From Octopus sinensis (Eukaryota): a stretch of 40,849 nucleotides of DNA. The stretch is taken from positions 1-40,849 of the forward strand of contig NW_021831677.1 in NCBI RefSeq assembly GCF_006345805.1. The letters are read 5' to 3'. A model generated the notes under the pieces. That model ran no database searches, had not been told where the DNA came from, and saw only the letters and a program-made list of their open reading frames with translations. Position 1 is the stretch's first letter. Each line of letters begins with the position of its first letter. Made by a program: the position numbers and the translations under genes. Below are positions 39,971-40,849 of the stretch, piece by piece.

Positions 39971-40849
39971 ACACACACAACACACACACCAGTATATATA
40001 TTTTTCTTTAAGTTTTAAGTTCTTCTTGAGAGAGTTCGAGCCGGTCGCCTAAGAAAACACTCGAGCTTTCGAGTTAAGGAAGTTCCCGTTGTTTGTAAGT
40101 GTGTAGTTAATTTGGTTGAAATGTCGATGCATACATCCAAACGTGCGCATCTATTTCCCTAAAGAATCTCAGGTGGAGACTCTTTGGATGGCTTACAAAT
40201 CCTCACGTGCCGCTGATTGATTGGATCTGGAGAATCCGCGCCAATTTCTTTTGCTCTTTCACCTTGAAACCTAGTAATACTAGGGTGTTGTGTAAATTTG
40301 TTGCTACATAACCTAATGCACCTCTCATGAGTAATACAAATGTACGTATATGTACATATTGTATGAATGATATATATATATATATATATTAGATATATAT
40401 ATATATATAATTATATGATTGAACGCCCACGCATCCTCTTCCAAGTAATTTTATCTTAAATCTGATGCGAACTCTAGCTTTTTACCTCTTTCGTTTTTCT
40501 TTCTTTCTCTCTCCTATCCCTTTACACTCCCCTTCATCCACTATTCTATCTTATTACTCTTGTCACTCTCTCCCTCCCTCACTCCTCCTCTCTTGCTCAC
40601 GCGAATTCCACGTGACCAAGGCATCTTTTCTTTTCTTTCTAGCTTGGGTTTCTTTCTTTTCTTCTTTGTTGTAGCTGGAACAAGGAAACGTATTCTGGTC
40701 TGTTTCTGCCCAAGCTTGATTTATACGTTCGTCATCACAACCTCGTTTAGGCTTAGCCCTTTCCTGTTTGTGTTACCGATTTGACCCTCCGCAAAATCCC
40801 CAATTTTATTTAATTTGCTTTGCGGGAGCAATTGTTTTCTCGAAAGCGT

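Overview
Repeat-dense, AT-rich eukaryotic non-coding DNA (intergenic or a large intron). The density of (AT)n/(AC)n/(AG)n/(TAGA)n/(CATA)n microsatellites, the tRNA-derived SINE families and the 5S rRNA fragment point to an octopus (coleoid cephalopod) genome; this is inferred from recalled repeat sequences, not from a search. I cannot support any intact host protein-coding gene, and nearly all listed ORFs are microsatellite or SINE artefacts. Supported content: (1) three main tRNA-SINE families (here A, B, C) plus fragments of two more, including a TSD-flanked family-A dimer and tetramer; (2) a 5' half of 5S rRNA fused tail-to-tail to a SINE; (3) a foldback mariner derivative made of two 5' ends, plus a separate mariner 3' remnant; (4) hAT-like and Tigger-like MITEs and a non-autonomous Helitron; (5) Penelope GIY-YIG remnants and two Penelope-type terminal repeats with hammerhead-like motifs; (6) a strong CTCF-like motif, an old 20-bp minisatellite and a ~105-bp direct repeat pair. 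I see no convincing new protein-based system. The most unusual signals are the RNA/retroelement architectures: SINE multimers, the 5S-SINE chimera, modular SINE heads and a variant hammerhead core.
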